Source: Emiliania huxleyi CCMP1516
Taxonomy: Eukaryota
Assembly: GCF_000372725.1 (NCBI RefSeq)
Contig: NW_005202427.1
Span: 1,152,459-1,216,458 of the forward strand
DNA length: 64,000 bases
Reading direction: 5' to 3'
Shown: positions 1 through 12,440 of the stretch, one piece after another
Numbering within the stretch: the first letter of the stretch is position 1
Layout of the letters: every line of letters starts with the position of its first letter
The notes under the pieces: generated by a model
What the model was told of the DNA's origin: nothing
Seen by the model: only the letters and a program-made list of their open reading frames with translations
The model's database searches: none
Made by a program: the position numbers and the translations under genes

Positions 1-353
1 GCGCCGCCTCCTTGGCCCCCCTGGGCGTATTTTCTACTCCCAGTGGGGGGCCTGGGCCCCCGGGCCCCCTCTTGTTTTCTGTTTTCTGTTTTTCAACACG
101 CCCGCCCGCCCGCCACCCCGAGGCGGCTCGGCCCCCCACTTACCGAGAGATCAAAAACGCTCGGCCCTGTGAATGTTTGCGTGCGTCCCGTTCACAGATC
201 ACACTATCTTAATCACTAATCGATCTTGACATGACGGCCTCTGCGCGCTCAGCGGCTGCCCGACTCCACGCAACTGTGACTTGACGCCTCTGCGCGCTAC
301 GAGCGGCTGCCCGACTCCACGCAGCAGGACCTCTGCCGCTCCTCTACCCCTTG

Positions 354-2537
354 ATGAGCGCTCCGCCCCTAGCGGCACCGAAGCCCAACACCCTTCACTG
401 CCCAACGGCGTACAGCGGGAGCGCGAATGCTCCCCAGCTCCTGGGGCCAAACCGCTCGGCGCGTGCAGCGTGGTTTGCTGAGCTGCACGCGTGCCGCAAG
501 TCGGAACTGAGCGGCTACGGTGGGGGAGTTTATGACCACCCACGCCTGCGGTGGTCGCAGCACGCGTTCGCAATCCCCATGGTTCAAGGGTACGAGCGCA
601 CGCTGTACAATGAAACCTTGGGTCGGTGGACCGTTGACAAATACCTGTCGGATGTAGGGGCACGCTACGGCGGTGTGGATGCGATCCTGCTTTGGCCCAC
701 CTACACTAACTTGGGGCTCGATGATAGAAATCAGCTGGACCTGTACCGTGCGCTTCCAGGTGGCATCTCGGCAGTGCGCAATGTGAGCGACCAACTTCGG
801 CAGCGCGGCGTGCATGTGCTCTGGTCTTACAACCCGTGGGACACAGGCACGCGGCGAGAGGTAGCAGCAAACGGCAGCACTCCTGACGATGCCACTGTAT
901 TCGCGTCCGTCCTCAAGGCTGGCGGCGCGGACGGGATAAATGGTGATACCATGAGCCACGTGCCGAAGGAGTGGTGGATCGACAGCCTAGCGGTCGGCAG
1001 CGAGGACACGTATCAACCCGAGGGCGGCGGGACGATCGCGTCGATGGACTGGGAGACGATGTCGGTCTGCCACTGCAAGTTCGACAAGGGAGCAGCGCAG
1101 GGGCCTACGGCGCAGACGGTCGATCATTACAAGTGGCTCGAGCCGCGGCGCATGACGAGCGTGCGCGACCGGTGGTCGCACTCGCACGTGGACGCGCTGC
1201 ACTTCTCCTTCTTCAACGGTGTTGGCTTCGAGACAACAGAGTCCAACTGGGGCTCGTGGAATGGCATCACGCCGCGCGACGGCGAGGCGATCCGCCGAAT
1301 CTTCACCATCCTGCGCTTCTTCGCGAAAGCGGGCCTCGTTGGTGCGAGCGGATGGGAGCCGCACGACCCTGGCGTGCTCGTCGATGGAGTCTTCGGCAGC
1401 CGCTTCCCGCTTCCGGCGCAGAATGAGACGCTGTACACGATGGTCAACCGCGCCGGCACCAGCCACAGCTCGAGGCCGCAGCTCGTCCTCCGCGCGGCAG
1501 AACGGGCCGCCCCGGCGTACGACTGCTGGCGCGGCGAGAGGCTCGCCGTCTCTCCCACGGACGGCTCAGTCAGCTTTGCGCTCGAGGCCTCAGGCTTCGG
1601 CTGCGTGCTCTCGTCGCACAACTCGACCGCTGGCGGCAGGCCACTCGCCGAGTTCCTCGCCACGATGCGCCGGCTGAGTGCCGCTGGCCCGCTCTCCGCG
1701 TTCAGCAGCGAGTGGACCTTTCTCAAGCAGACCATGGTGCCACACCCGCCCTCGCCGCCGACCGCGTCTGCTCCACCGGGCATGGTTCCCATCCCGGCAG
1801 CCAACTATTCATTCCACGTCGCCGGCGTCGAGGACCAGGGTGGACCGACGGGCCCCGACGTTCAATACCCCTGGGAGTCTCACCCTCAGCGCATTCACTC
1901 GGCCTTGCTGCAGGTCGCTGCATTTTTCATGGACAAGCATCCCGTGACCGCTGCTGAGTATGGAGCATATCTGAACGCCACCGGGTACGTGCCATGCGAT
2001 CCGCACAACTTTTTGAGTAGCTGGAACGGGTCGAGGCCAGAGCCCCCTCCCGCGTTGGCGCGGACGCCAGTCGTACACGTCTCGCTCCAGGAAGCTCGGC
2101 AGTACTGCGCGTGGGCTGGCAAGCGATTACCGCGTGAATGGGAGTGGCAGTACGCGGCGCAGGGCCTCGACAACCGCACCTTCCCTTGGGGTAACCACAG
2201 CTGCGGCCACTGCACACCCGAGCCGCACGTAGGACAGCGAGCGCCCGTCCCGCCGGCGGTGGGCTCGCGCTCGCCTGAGGGCGACTCGCCGTTCGGCGTC
2301 GCCGACCTGGTTTCAACGGTCTGGCAGTACACGAGCGAATTCATGGACGCGCACTCGCGCGGCGTCATACTGCGTGGGGGCTCCCTCTACCAGGCAGGCG
2401 TGGCCGGCGTGAAGGGTTCGCATTGGTACTTCCCAACTGTCATGGGGCTGTTCCAGCACAACAAGTACATGCTGATGAGCGCTTCCTACGAGCGCGCCGC
2501 GACCCTTGGCTTCAGATGCGTCAAGGACTCGGCCTGA
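354..2537 (+). CDS. FGE-sulfatase (SUMF1-like) domain protein with N-terminal glycoside-hydrolase-like region; apparently intronless
   Basis: 728-aa ORF. C-terminal motifs PVVHVS..EA..YC.WAGKRLP.E.EWQYAAQG...R.FPWG, SPFGV.DL, RGGS, GFRC. N-half has DGINGDT. Start uncertain. Confidence 0.85.
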   Translation: MSAPPLAAPKPNTLHCPTAYSGSANAPQLLGPNRSARAAWFAELHACRKSELSGYGGGVYDHPRLRWSQHAFAIPMVQGYERTLYNETLGRWTVDKYLSDVGARYGGVDAILLWPTYTNLGLDDRNQLDLYRALPGGISAVRNVSDQLRQRGVHVLWSYNPWDTGTRREVAANGSTPDDATVFASVLKAGGADGINGDTMSHVPKEWWIDSLAVGSEDTYQPEGGGTIASMDWETMSVCHCKFDKGAAQGPTAQTVDHYKWLEPRRMTSVRDRWSHSHVDALHFSFFNGVGFETTESNWGSWNGITPRDGEAIRRIFTILRFFAKAGLVGASGWEPHDPGVLVDGVFGSRFPLPAQNETLYTMVNRAGTSHSSRPQLVLRAAERAAPAYDCWRGERLAVSPTDGSVSFALEASGFGCVLSSHNSTAGGRPLAEFLATMRRLSAAGPLSAFSSEWTFLKQTMVPHPPSPPTASAPPGMVPIPAANYSFHVAGVEDQGGPTGPDVQYPWESHPQRIHSALLQVAAFFMDKHPVTAAEYGAYLNATGYVPCDPHNFLSSWNGSRPEPPPALARTPVVHVSLQEARQYCAWAGKRLPREWEWQYAAQGLDNRTFPWGNHSCGHCTPEPHVGQRAPVPPAVGSRSPEGDSPFGVADLVSTVWQYTSEFMDAHSRGVILRGGSLYQAGVAGVKGSHWYFPTVMGLFQHNKYMLMSASYERAATLGFRCVKDSA

Positions 2538-2732
2538 GAATCGGGATGTGAGCGTGCGCCGCGCGGTGAAACGCACATGGCAGTCGAAATAAATAATCAA
2601 AAAGTACCACACCAATCCTCGCTACCCAACGCGGCCAAAGGATATCCACCTCGAGAACCACAAAAAAGAAATTCGAACGCGCCGTCGAGTGCGGTGGCTG
2701 CCTGCAGCAGCAACGCCGCCACCGAGACGACA

Positions 2733-5700
2733 ATGCACGCCATCACGGTCACGGCCCTGTTACCGTGGACCTCTTTCGCCGCTCCACGCTCCGCGCCGCG
2801 CTGCCGGCAGCTGGCCACTCTGCGCACCACACGGCCACTCTGCGGCCTGCGAGAGGCTGGCGACGAGGCGCACTCGTCCAAGAAGAGGCACATGGCGCTA
2901 ATGTTTGGCTTCCGCGGCACGGGCTTCTATGGCCTCCAGTCTCAGAGCGCTGAGGGCACGCCCGGCCAGCCGACCGTCTCTGACGCGCTGCGGCGGGCAC
3001 TCCTCGACGCGGGCGCGGTCCTGCCGAGCAACTTCTCTCCACTGACGCGAACAAAGTGGACGCTGGCGAGCCGGACCGACAAGGGCGTGCACGCGGCTCG
3101 CGCGGCCGTGTCGCTCAAGATGGAGACGCTCGACTCACAGCTCGAGCCGCTCCTCTCGCCGCTCCTGGACACTTCCGGGACGCTTCCTGGACAGTTCGAG
3201 CCGCTCCTCTCGCCGCTCGAGCCGGCGGAGCGGGCGGCGGGGCCGCCGCCGCAGCCGAGGCTCGCCCTCACCGCCGCCGCCGTCGCCGAGATCAACAGCC
3301 ACCTCCCGCCTGAGGTGCGTCTCTCCCGCTGTCTCTCGGCTGTCTCTCGGCTGTCTCTCGGCTGTCTCTCGGCTGTCTCTCGGCTGTCTCTCGGCTGTCT
3401 CTCGGCTGTCTCTCGGCTGTCTCTCGGCTGTCTCTCGGCTGTCTCTCTCGGCTGTATCTCGGACCTCGCCTCCCGAAGGTGCGGCTCTTCGGCGGCTGCA
3501 CGGTCCGCAAGTCGTTCCACTGCCGCGAGTGCGCCTCGAGCCGCAGCTACGAGTACCTGCTGCCGGCCTCTGCGCTTGGCGGGATGGGCGTGGCGGAGTT
3601 CGACGCCGTCCTCTCGACATTCGAAGGGAGCCACAAGGCGCGCCGCTTCTTCTGCTCGAGCAGCTGAGGCAGTCGAGTGGTCCCGCTCCCTCACTGACCG
3701 CCACTGACCGCCATGCCACACAAGGTGCACAACTTCTGCTCCGGCCTGCGCGGCAAGGGCTGGGGCTGCTGGGAGCACGACGGCGAGAGCTGGCCGCTCG
3801 CCCTCGACCCATCGCGGCGGCAGGGCGAGCCCCCAGACCACCCGAGATCTCTCCTCAGACCACCCGAGATCTCTCCTCAGACCACCCGAGATCTCTCCTC
3901 AGACCACCCGAGATCTCTCCACCACACCTCTCTCCACCACACCTCTCTCCACCACACCTCTCTCCACCACACCTCTCTCCACCACACCTCTCTCCACCAC
4001 ACCTCTCTCACAGATCCAAGCCCACCTCGCCGGCCAGGCGCCGCGTTCGCGTACCGCTCGGTCCTCTTCTGCGGCGTGCACCGCTCCGTCGTGCTGCGAG
4101 GGCAGGAGCACCTCGTCCTCCGCATCGCCGGCGTCTCCTTCATGCTGCACCAGATCCGGCGAGATGCAGCCGAGATGTAGCGGAGAGAGATGCTGCACCC
4201 GATCCGGCGAGATGCAGCCGAGATGTAGCGGAGAGAGATGCTGCACCCGATCCGGCGAGATGCAGCCGAGATGTAGCGGAGAGAGATGCTGCACCCGATC
4301 CAGCGAGATGCAGCCGAGGTGAGGCAAGGCACGGCGCAGCCTCCTCTCCTCTCCAGGCACATGATTGGCACGGCGCTAGGAACCTTCTAGGAACCCTCTA
4401 GGAACCCTCTAGGAACCCTCTAGGCACATGATTGGCACGGCGCTCGCCATCGCGCACGGACTGGTCCCACGGGACACTCTCGCCCTCGCGCTCCGCTCGC
4501 CGCTGCAGGACTGCCCTCCGACTCCAGCACCCCTCCGACTCCAGCCGCCCTCCGACTCCAGCACCCCTCCGACTCCAGCTGCCCTCCGACTCCAGCACCC
4601 CTCCGACTCCAGCACCCCTCCGACTCCAGCTGCCCTCCGACTCCAGCACCCCTCCGACTCCAGCACCCCTCCGACTCCAGCACCCCTCCGACTCCAGCAC
4701 CCCTCCGACTCCAGCACCCCTCCGACTCCAGCACCCCTCCGACTCCAGCTGCCCTCCGACTCCAGCACCCCTCCGACTCCAGCACCCCTCCGACTCCAGC
4801 ACCCCTCCGACTCCAGCACCCCTCCGACTCCAGCACCCCTCCGACTCCAGCACCCCTCTGACTCCAGCACCCCTCCGACTCCAGCACCCCTCCGACTCCA
4901 GCACCCCTCCGACTCCAGCACCCCTCCGACTCCAGCACCCCTCCGACTCCAGCACCCCTCCGACTCCAGCACCCCTCCGACTCCAGCACCCCTCCGACTC
5001 CAGCACCCCTCCGACTCCAGCACCCCTCTGACTCCAGCACCCCTCCGACTCCAGCCGCCCTCTGACTCCAGCACCCCTCCGACTCCAGCACCCCTCCGAC
5101 TCCAGCACCCCTCCGACTCCAGCACCCCTCCGGCTCCAGCACCCCTCCGACTCCAGCACCCCTCCGACTCCAGCACCCCTCCGACTCCTGAACTCAGAAG
5201 ACCCCACAGCCCCTGACCCTAGGCCCCTTGCCCGCCGCAGGTCGACATCTCTCCTCTCGCACCCGGCGCCGGCCTCCTCCTCGACGAGATCCGCTGGTTC
5301 GATCTCGGCAAGCGCGCCGAGGACCTCGCCTTCCCCCCCTCGGCGCACGCGGCGGCCGAAGCCTTCAAGGAGGGCACGTAGCTAGTAGTGGTTAGTAGTG
5401 GTTAGTAGTAGCTAATGAACGAGCAGCAAGTAAGTGGCTAATTAGAGGCCTTCAAGGAGGACCCTCCTCAAGGAGGGCCCTCCCCCCCTCCAGCCGCACG
5501 ACAGTGCGCCGCGAGCAGGTCACCAGCAGCCGGCCCCCCATCTCACCGGCAGGCGGGTGTGTCTCGTCGTAGGAGGCGTCCCTCTACCCGCACATCGCAG
5601 AGCGGCTCGCCTCAGAGGAGTCGCTCGAGCGTTTCCTCGGCCGGATGCGAGACTCGTTCGGAGGGGCGAAGCACTACTCCGCCGCCGACTACGCGCGGCT

Positions 5701-6272
5701 CAGGCGCGTCAACGCCGGGCTGGCCGAGGCGACACTTCCTGGACACTTCCTGGACACTTCCCTGCAGGCGCGTCAACGCCGGGCTGGCCGAGGCGACGAG
5801 CCGGCGCGGCGCAGGGCGAGCCGGCGGGCCGGGCGGCGAGGGCGGCGGCGAGGGCGGCGGCGAGGGCGGCGGCGAGGGCGGCGGCGAGGGCGGCGGCGAG
5901 GGCAGCGGCGAGGGGGCGGCGGTGGCGGCCGCCGCGCCGGCGGAGAGCGGGTGCGGCCCTGCGCCGGTGAGGGACGGGCGGAGGGGCGGGGCGGTGGTGG
6001 AGCGGAGGAGGGTTGGGCTTCCAGGCGGGCTGAGCGTCCAGATCTGCGTCCACTATGGCTTTGCGCCCGGCCCTCGCAGCAGCCAGATGCTCGAGGGGCT
6101 GCGCGAGCGCCTCGAGCGCGGGGAGGTGCTCGCGCGGCAGCCGTACGAGTACTACCTCGGCAAGCTCGAGGAGGTGCACGGGAAGCCGCCGCCGCGGCCG
6201 GCGGAGGCGATGGAGGAGGAGGGCCGCGGTGTCGCCGCGGGGTCGGTGAGTGAGGTGCGGGTTTGGTGCTGA
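2733..6272 (+). CDS. tRNA pseudouridine synthase, TruA/Pus1 family, multi-exon
   Basis: Motifs FGFRGTGFYGLQ, ASRTDKGVHAA (catalytic Asp), SRSYEYLLP, HNFCSG and GVSFMLHQIR/HMIG occur in order across frames, separated by repeat-filled introns. Confidence 0.88.
3328..3462 (+). repeat. Intronic 11-bp tandem repeat (GGCTGTCTCTC)n
   Basis: Directly visible tandem array inside a GT-AG intron. Confidence 0.95.
3832..4008 (+). repeat. Intronic tandem repeats (CAGACCACCCGAGATCTCTCCT)n and (CTCTCTCCACCACAC)n
   Basis: Visible tandem arrays. Confidence 0.9.
4142..4318 (+). repeat. About 47-bp tandem repeat x3-4 that begins with a copy of the exon end (ATGCTGCACC.GATCCGG)
   Basis: Visible repeated units. 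Confidence 0.85.
4514..5188 (+). repeat. Intronic 17-bp minisatellite (CCGACTCCAGCACCCCT)n
   Basis: About 40 near-identical units. Confidence 0.97.
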
Positions 6273-6574
6273 TTTCGGTTGGGTAACGAATTCCTCACAG
6301 ACGCACTCCACACAAGCACAACTTCTCTCACAAACACAATGAACCTACCAAGGCGGAGGCGCGCGTGTGGGGGAGACGCAGACGGGGCACGGCCCGTTGT
6401 GTTTTGTGGGCGCGCGACTCCAGTGAGGGAGGGTGAGACGATCGAGGGGTCCCGTACACGCGGAATCGACCCTATCCGCTCAAGTAGAGTGGTTGAAGGG
6501 GACGGCCGCGAAAGAAGATGCATTTTTCATCACAAGCGAAGGAGAACACAGGCGGGAGAAGGCAAGTGCACACG

Positions 6575-7792
6575 ATGCAGGCCGAGGCAAACCTCCGAGC
6601 GTCGCTGGCGGCGGGCACTCAGCACAGCGTCTTCATCGACGGCGAGGGCCGGCTCTTCTCGTACGGCAACGGACTTTATTTGGAGACCGATGAGATCGAG
6701 GTCGGCGAAGATCTCGAGTCCGAGGAGGCCCTGGCTGTCAATGGGCTGCTCGGTCACGGCGAGGGCGTGACGCGGCTCAACACGCCGACCCGCCTCCCGT
6801 CGATGGGAGGCGAGCGCGCCGTGAGCGTGTCGGCTGGAGCGGTCCACAGCCTCGCCATCGCCGCCGACGGCACCGTTTGGAGCTGGGGCTGTGCTTGCCG
6901 GCTGGGCCACGGCGACGACGAGAACCAGCTGCAGCCGAAGAAGATCGAGGCCTTCACCGGGCAGCGCGTCGTCACTGTCTCGGCGGGGTCGAATCACAGC
7001 CTCGCCATCACCGTCGACGGCGCTGTGTGGACCTGGGGCTTGGGCGGCCTCCCGCTGGGCACGTCCAACAACCTGCTGCCCAAGAAGATCGAGTCCATGG
7101 CGGGGCGGCGCGTGGTCGCTGTGTCGGCGGACCTCATGCACAGCCTCGCCATCACTACCGACGGCGGGGTGTGGAGCTGGGGCGAGGGATGGTCCGGCGT
7201 GCTGGGCCACGGTGACCGCGAGGACCAGCTGCTGCCCAAGAAGATTGAGGCCTTCGAGGGGGAGCGCGTCACCGCCGTGTCGGCGCAAAACAACCGAAGC
7301 GTCGCCGTCACCGCCGACGGCGCCGTCTGGTCGTGGGGCCTTAACCACGGCCGCGGCGTGCTGGGCCACGGCGACGAGCAGCGCCAGCTGCTGCCCAAGA
7401 AGATCGAGGGCCTGGCGGGCCAGCACGTCGTCGCTGTGTCGGCTGGAGCATTTCACAACCTCGCCCTCACCGCCGACGGCGCCGTCTGGAGCTGGGGCTG
7501 GGGAGACCACGGGGAGCTGGGCCACGGCGACGACAAGGACCAGCCGCCCAAGAAGGTCCAAGCCTTGGCGGGCCAGCGCGTCGTCGCCGTGTCGGCGGGA
7601 GGCGACCACAGCCTCGCCCGCACCGCTGACGGAGCCGTCTGGAGCTGGGGCTATGGAGGACACGGCCTGCTAGGCCACGGCGACGAGCAGAACCAGCTGC
7701 TGCCGAAGAAGATCGAGGGGTGGGTGGTGCGGCCGACCCCCAAGAAGAGGACGCGGGCCTCGGCGGCGTCTCCCAAGACGGCCGGGGTCTGA
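6575..7792 (+). CDS. RCC1-repeat beta-propeller protein (UVR8/HERC-like), single exon
   Basis: Repeated VSAG..HSLA.TADGAVWSWG.G..G.LGHGD...QLLPKKIE units. Confidence 0.93.
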   Translation: MQAEANLRASLAAGTQHSVFIDGEGRLFSYGNGLYLETDEIEVGEDLESEEALAVNGLLGHGEGVTRLNTPTRLPSMGGERAVSVSAGAVHSLAIAADGTVWSWGCACRLGHGDDENQLQPKKIEAFTGQRVVTVSAGSNHSLAITVDGAVWTWGLGGLPLGTSNNLLPKKIESMAGRRVVAVSADLMHSLAITTDGGVWSWGEGWSGVLGHGDREDQLLPKKIEAFEGERVTAVSAQNNRSVAVTADGAVWSWGLNHGRGVLGHGDEQRQLLPKKIEGLAGQHVVAVSAGAFHNLALTADGAVWSWGWGDHGELGHGDDKDQPPKKVQALAGQRVVAVSAGGDHSLARTADGAVWSWGYGGHGLLGHGDEQNQLLPKKIEGWVVRPTPKKRTRASAASPKTAGV

Positions 7793-9993
7793 GGACGAGG
7801 GCACGAGGTCGAGCACGCTCGTGCCTCTCGGTGGGAGACTGCTGCTGTGGCTCTGTGGAGCAGGACCTGGACGAGGATGGACCGGAGACACGCGTATCTA
7901 GGCGATTGTCATCTCCATCTCTTGGGGGCCGCGGAGTCGCGGCTAGCGTTCGCATGGGCTCGCTCTCCCTGATCGGTGATCGCCCGCCTGACACCGCGAC
8001 TCGGCACTCGCGCGCCCTGACCGCTGTGGCCCTGTGCCGGCATGTTTCTGTGCGCGGCCTCACGCTCGGTGACGGGGACGTACACGCGCGAGTCCCGTTC
8101 TCTCTCTCTTGGTGAAATACGTTTCTATGGTATACGCGCAGCCAATTCTCGGTCAGCCGTTCCAGGATGCAGGAAAAAATAGTTTCGGTGGTCTGAGGCG
8201 GCCCAGCGGACCCCAGCGGACCCGTTGGCACGGCCAGCGCGCGTGGGGCACCGGGGCGACCCCCCCGTCTCACTAGTGTCCTTCCTTTGGGTGTGAAAAC
8301 GCGACCTCGCCGTCAGACGAGCAGCGCACCGTTAGACGGAGGCGCGCGAGCGCTCGGAGGCCGCCCGACACGACTCACACATGCCTGCGTTGGGCCCGCG
8401 CAGCCGGAGTATTTTTCCGGTCCGATTTTCGGGGTGCTCTGTTCACGGCACGGAAAAAACAAGCAGGTGAGAGGCTCGTCCTCCGACTCTCACGCCTGCA
8501 AGCCGACTGGGGCACCGGAAAATTATTCCGAGCCGGCGGTCCTCGCGTCCGACTGTGTGAGTGACTCGTGAGCCACCCCGACACCGCTCGGACCGCCTCT
8601 CCGCGTCGGCGTCCATGCCGCCGGAGCAGTCGAAACGTGGGCGTCTGAGCGTCGCCTGTGTCATCTGCCGAGCTTCCAGGCGGGCCTGCGACGGCAAGTT
8701 TGCCGACTGCGCCAAGTACGTGCCGCTACCCGCGACCGCCTCCGACGCTACCGGCCCGTCTCAGCCCGCCTCGCCACCTTCGAGCCGGCCTGTTCGCTCC
8801 AAGACGAGCCCGGGCGGCTCGCAGCACCGCGGAGCTCCGGTTTCCCTCGCCGCCGAGCCGGCTTACGCGCCCGTGGAGGAGATGCGCGACAGGACCGACC
8901 AACGCTACGACCTCAAGCGGCGGCGGACGTCGGAAGAGGCGGTGGGAGAGCAGCGGCCTCCGCGGACTGGGCGGCCGATGCGGTCATCGAGGCGGATGGC
9001 AGGACGAGGAGCGGGAAGCTCGGCTTCGAGCAGGCGGACGGCCGCCTGATGGAGCTGCTCGTCCTCGCCTCCGCCTCCGCGTCGCCGGACGCGCCGCTGT
9101 CGCTGCAGCTGGAGAGGTGGCTGGCAGTCTGGGCCAAGCCGCCGTTGCGTGTGCGCTAGGAGCGGCACTGAAGCCGTACTGACACACAGTTCTCCTGCGT
9201 TTGCTCGCGCAGGTGGTGGCGAAGTTGCTGCAGCGGCCGGAGCTACTCACCCCTCCTCACCCCGGCCAGGACGACAAGACGGCCGACGGCGAGATACGTG
9301 GTTCGTCACACGGCGCGCGGCCGGGAGGCGAAGAACCCACACTCGAGAAGTACGAAGAACGTGCGGCCCGTTGGCCGTTGACGCTCGGTGCCAGTCGAGT
9401 GGGTCAAAACTTGCACGAGCTCAACGGCGAGTTTGCCATCTTCAAGGCTTTGCCGAGCGAGCAAGACCGCGTCGCCGCGACGCGCCTGCCTCCCCGTGCC
9501 AGAGCTCAAGTGGGAGAAGGAGGAGGGTGGCAGCCTCTCTTCCACCTCGCGTGCGGGCAGGTTTGAGGACGTCTGCAAGTAGATAGCATAGGCTCAGGCG
9601 CGCACATTACGTAGCGGGTACACCGCGCGCGCGTGATGGTATGTGTGCCCTGTGTCTCTTGTTTGTCTGGTCTGTGCCTGTCTGAGTGAGGTGGTCTCTC
9701 AGTGGCCTTTACCTAGAACAAGAAACCTACACAAACTAGGCGGATTGCATCACGTGGATCGATATAAGATTCATTATTTGGACGCATCCCAGAAGTGACG
9801 CGAAGGCCCACACGAATGCAGGCCAGAGTCTTACCTCTCCTGCAAGAACGCAGCGGTCTTGGAGCTTCCCCGTCACGTTCCTGCCGCATCTTATCCGTGG
9901 CGACGCGCTGTGCCATCGAGCCGTACTCGGCCGCGACGCGCGTCGAGGCACGCTGGACCGACCAAGCAGCGACGCCAAAGCGTCGACCGATAG

Positions 9994-10272
<279 letters not shown>

Positions 10273-10425
10273 TAAGGTGATCCACTACACCTGACCGAGA
10301 ATTGGCTGCGCGGCTTTGCGACATCTTCGGGAGGGCACACACACTGCGCAAACGATAGCTCGAGACAGACAGACACACTCACACACACACACACACAGAC
10401 GACGCACAACCACAGACACGTGTCC

Positions 10426-11650
10426 TCAAACCCCCCATATGAGCATCCGCTCCTTCCTCCGCGCCTCCTCGCCCTCCACGTTTGTGCGCGCGAGCGCGTT
10501 CGACAACTCGTTCTGGTACGAACAGCACGCCACGCGCGCAGGTGCGCCTGCACGAGCTCCTTCACCACGTTTGCGGTGATCGGCAGGCTGGCGATCGAAC
10601 GGTCCGGCGCCGCAAAGTCGCGTCCGATGGCGGCGACGAGCGCGGCGCCGAGCTGCTTCACGTGCCGCTCCTGCAAGCCCGCGCTGAGCGGCTGCCGGTC
10701 CATCCCCGGGATTTGCTGCGAGAAGGCCATGCACAGTTCATCTTGGTGATGCAGTGGCTCACGTACGCCGTCAGGGCGACCGCCGGCGAGACGGGCAGCT
10801 TGTTGGAGGCGCCGCACTTTGCGCGCATCTCGAGCTCCTGCGTGGAGACGGCCGGTCCGTCCACGCCCGCTCGAGCCGCGTCATGAAGAGGCCCGCCGAC
10901 CGCTTCTCGTAGAGTTGCGGCTCGACGTCGCCGTCGATGAACGGGTCGAGGTACCGGCCGACCTGCAGCAGCGGGAGGGGGACGTGCCTGGGAAAGGTCT
11001 GGGAAGCGACTGGGAGGGGCCGAGCGGTGGTATGCGCAAGGAAGGAGGGCGTGTCTGGGAGTGGTCCGGAACGGTACGCGGTCGAGATGCGACGCAGGAC
11101 GAGGAATTGTGTCTAGGACACGTGAGCTGGGGGATGTGTCTCTCGGATGAGTCAGGAGACGGGTCGAGGTTGCACCTGCACGCAGAGCCAGTCGGAGACG
11201 GGGGCCGGCACGCCGGGCCCGGCACGAGCCCATCACGACCGCGGCGAGGAAGGAGAGGGGCGCCTGCTCCATGCTCGGCGGCTTGCCGCTGTCCATGTCG
11301 AGCGTCTTGAGGTCGGGCAGCTTCTTGAGGTCGGGCGGCGCCGCTCGCGCGCCCCCATCCGCTCGCGCAGCTCTGCTCGATATCGAGCAGCGCGTACTCC
11401 GCCTCCACCTCGAGCCGGTGCGCGTGCACGGCGGTCGCGCACAGGGTCGTTACGCGCGCCACCGCCCGTTTGCGGAAGGGCTCGGACAGCCCGGGGCGGG
11501 AGGCCTGCTCCATCCCCCCCACGAACTGCTGCTCCACGTCGTCGAGCACCGCCGCCAGGCAGCGCTGGATCGCCAGCGCCCTTGCGCGCGTCACCGAGCG
11601 GAGCGCGCCCGACGCCATCGAGCCGACGGCGGTGCCGACCTCCTCCTCGC
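10426..11650 (-). CDS. Putative multi-exon protein of unknown function
   Basis: Protein-like segments in alternating frames (EQQFVGGMEQ..., LKKLPDLKTLD, KQLGAALVAAIGRDF, SYQNELSNALAR...LIWGV*) separated by intron-like tracts. No family recognised; 5' end unclear. Confidence 0.4.
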
Positions 11651-12440
11651 GCGCACAACACCACAGGTCTCATCTCAGTCTAGCGACCTGCCTCCAGCTT
11701 CTCCACTGGCAGTCTCTCGCTACCACAGGCACACTGACAGGGGCGGCCGAGGCACACGCCGAGGGTGGCAGGGGCGGTGTGGCACCCTGAAGTTTTTTCT
11801 CTTCCGTTCCCGTTTGCGACAGGTTCCCCTCCGGGTTCCCCTCGGAGCTCGGTCAACCTCGCCGCCACGACTTGGTCAGTTGGTCTTAGCTACACACAAC
11901 ACCACAGGTTGTCCTCCAGCTTGTGCCCGCCCGCGGCGCGGCGAGCCTCTCTGCGCACCACTCCAGATACGGGCTCTCGCCCTGGCCGCGCGCCGCCCTT
12001 TTGCCTCGCGACACAGCGCACGTCAGCCGGAGCGCTCCGCCCGACGCCCGCGCTGACCTTGACCCTGTTCCCCCTGCCTCGCTCCGCAGGTGTGGGTCGA
12101 CGGCGCGGAGCAGCGGCCGCCCGCCCGCGTCCCCCGCCCCCGCCCGCCCGCCCCCGCCACGCCGCTGCATGCGCGCCGCCGCCCCGATGTCCCACACCCT
12201 CGCCGGCGACGCGCCGTCTCTGCGCGCCGCCGCCTCCTCCCCTCCACCCACACTGCGCCGCCTGCGCTTAGGCGCGTCGCTCGAGTGCCCTCACCGCCTG
12301 CCCCTCTCCGCTCGCAGGTGCGGCCACGGCCGGTCGAGCAGTCCCTCGCGCCGCGCCCCCATCCTGCCTCCGCCTCGCCACAACCACCCCGCTGCCCGAC
12401 CGCGCGCGCCCTCGCCCTCGTAGAGTCAACTCACGCGGTC

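Noticed and set aside
4398..5348. Long ORFs in all six frames
   Set aside because: They arise from a stop-free 17-bp intronic minisatellite.
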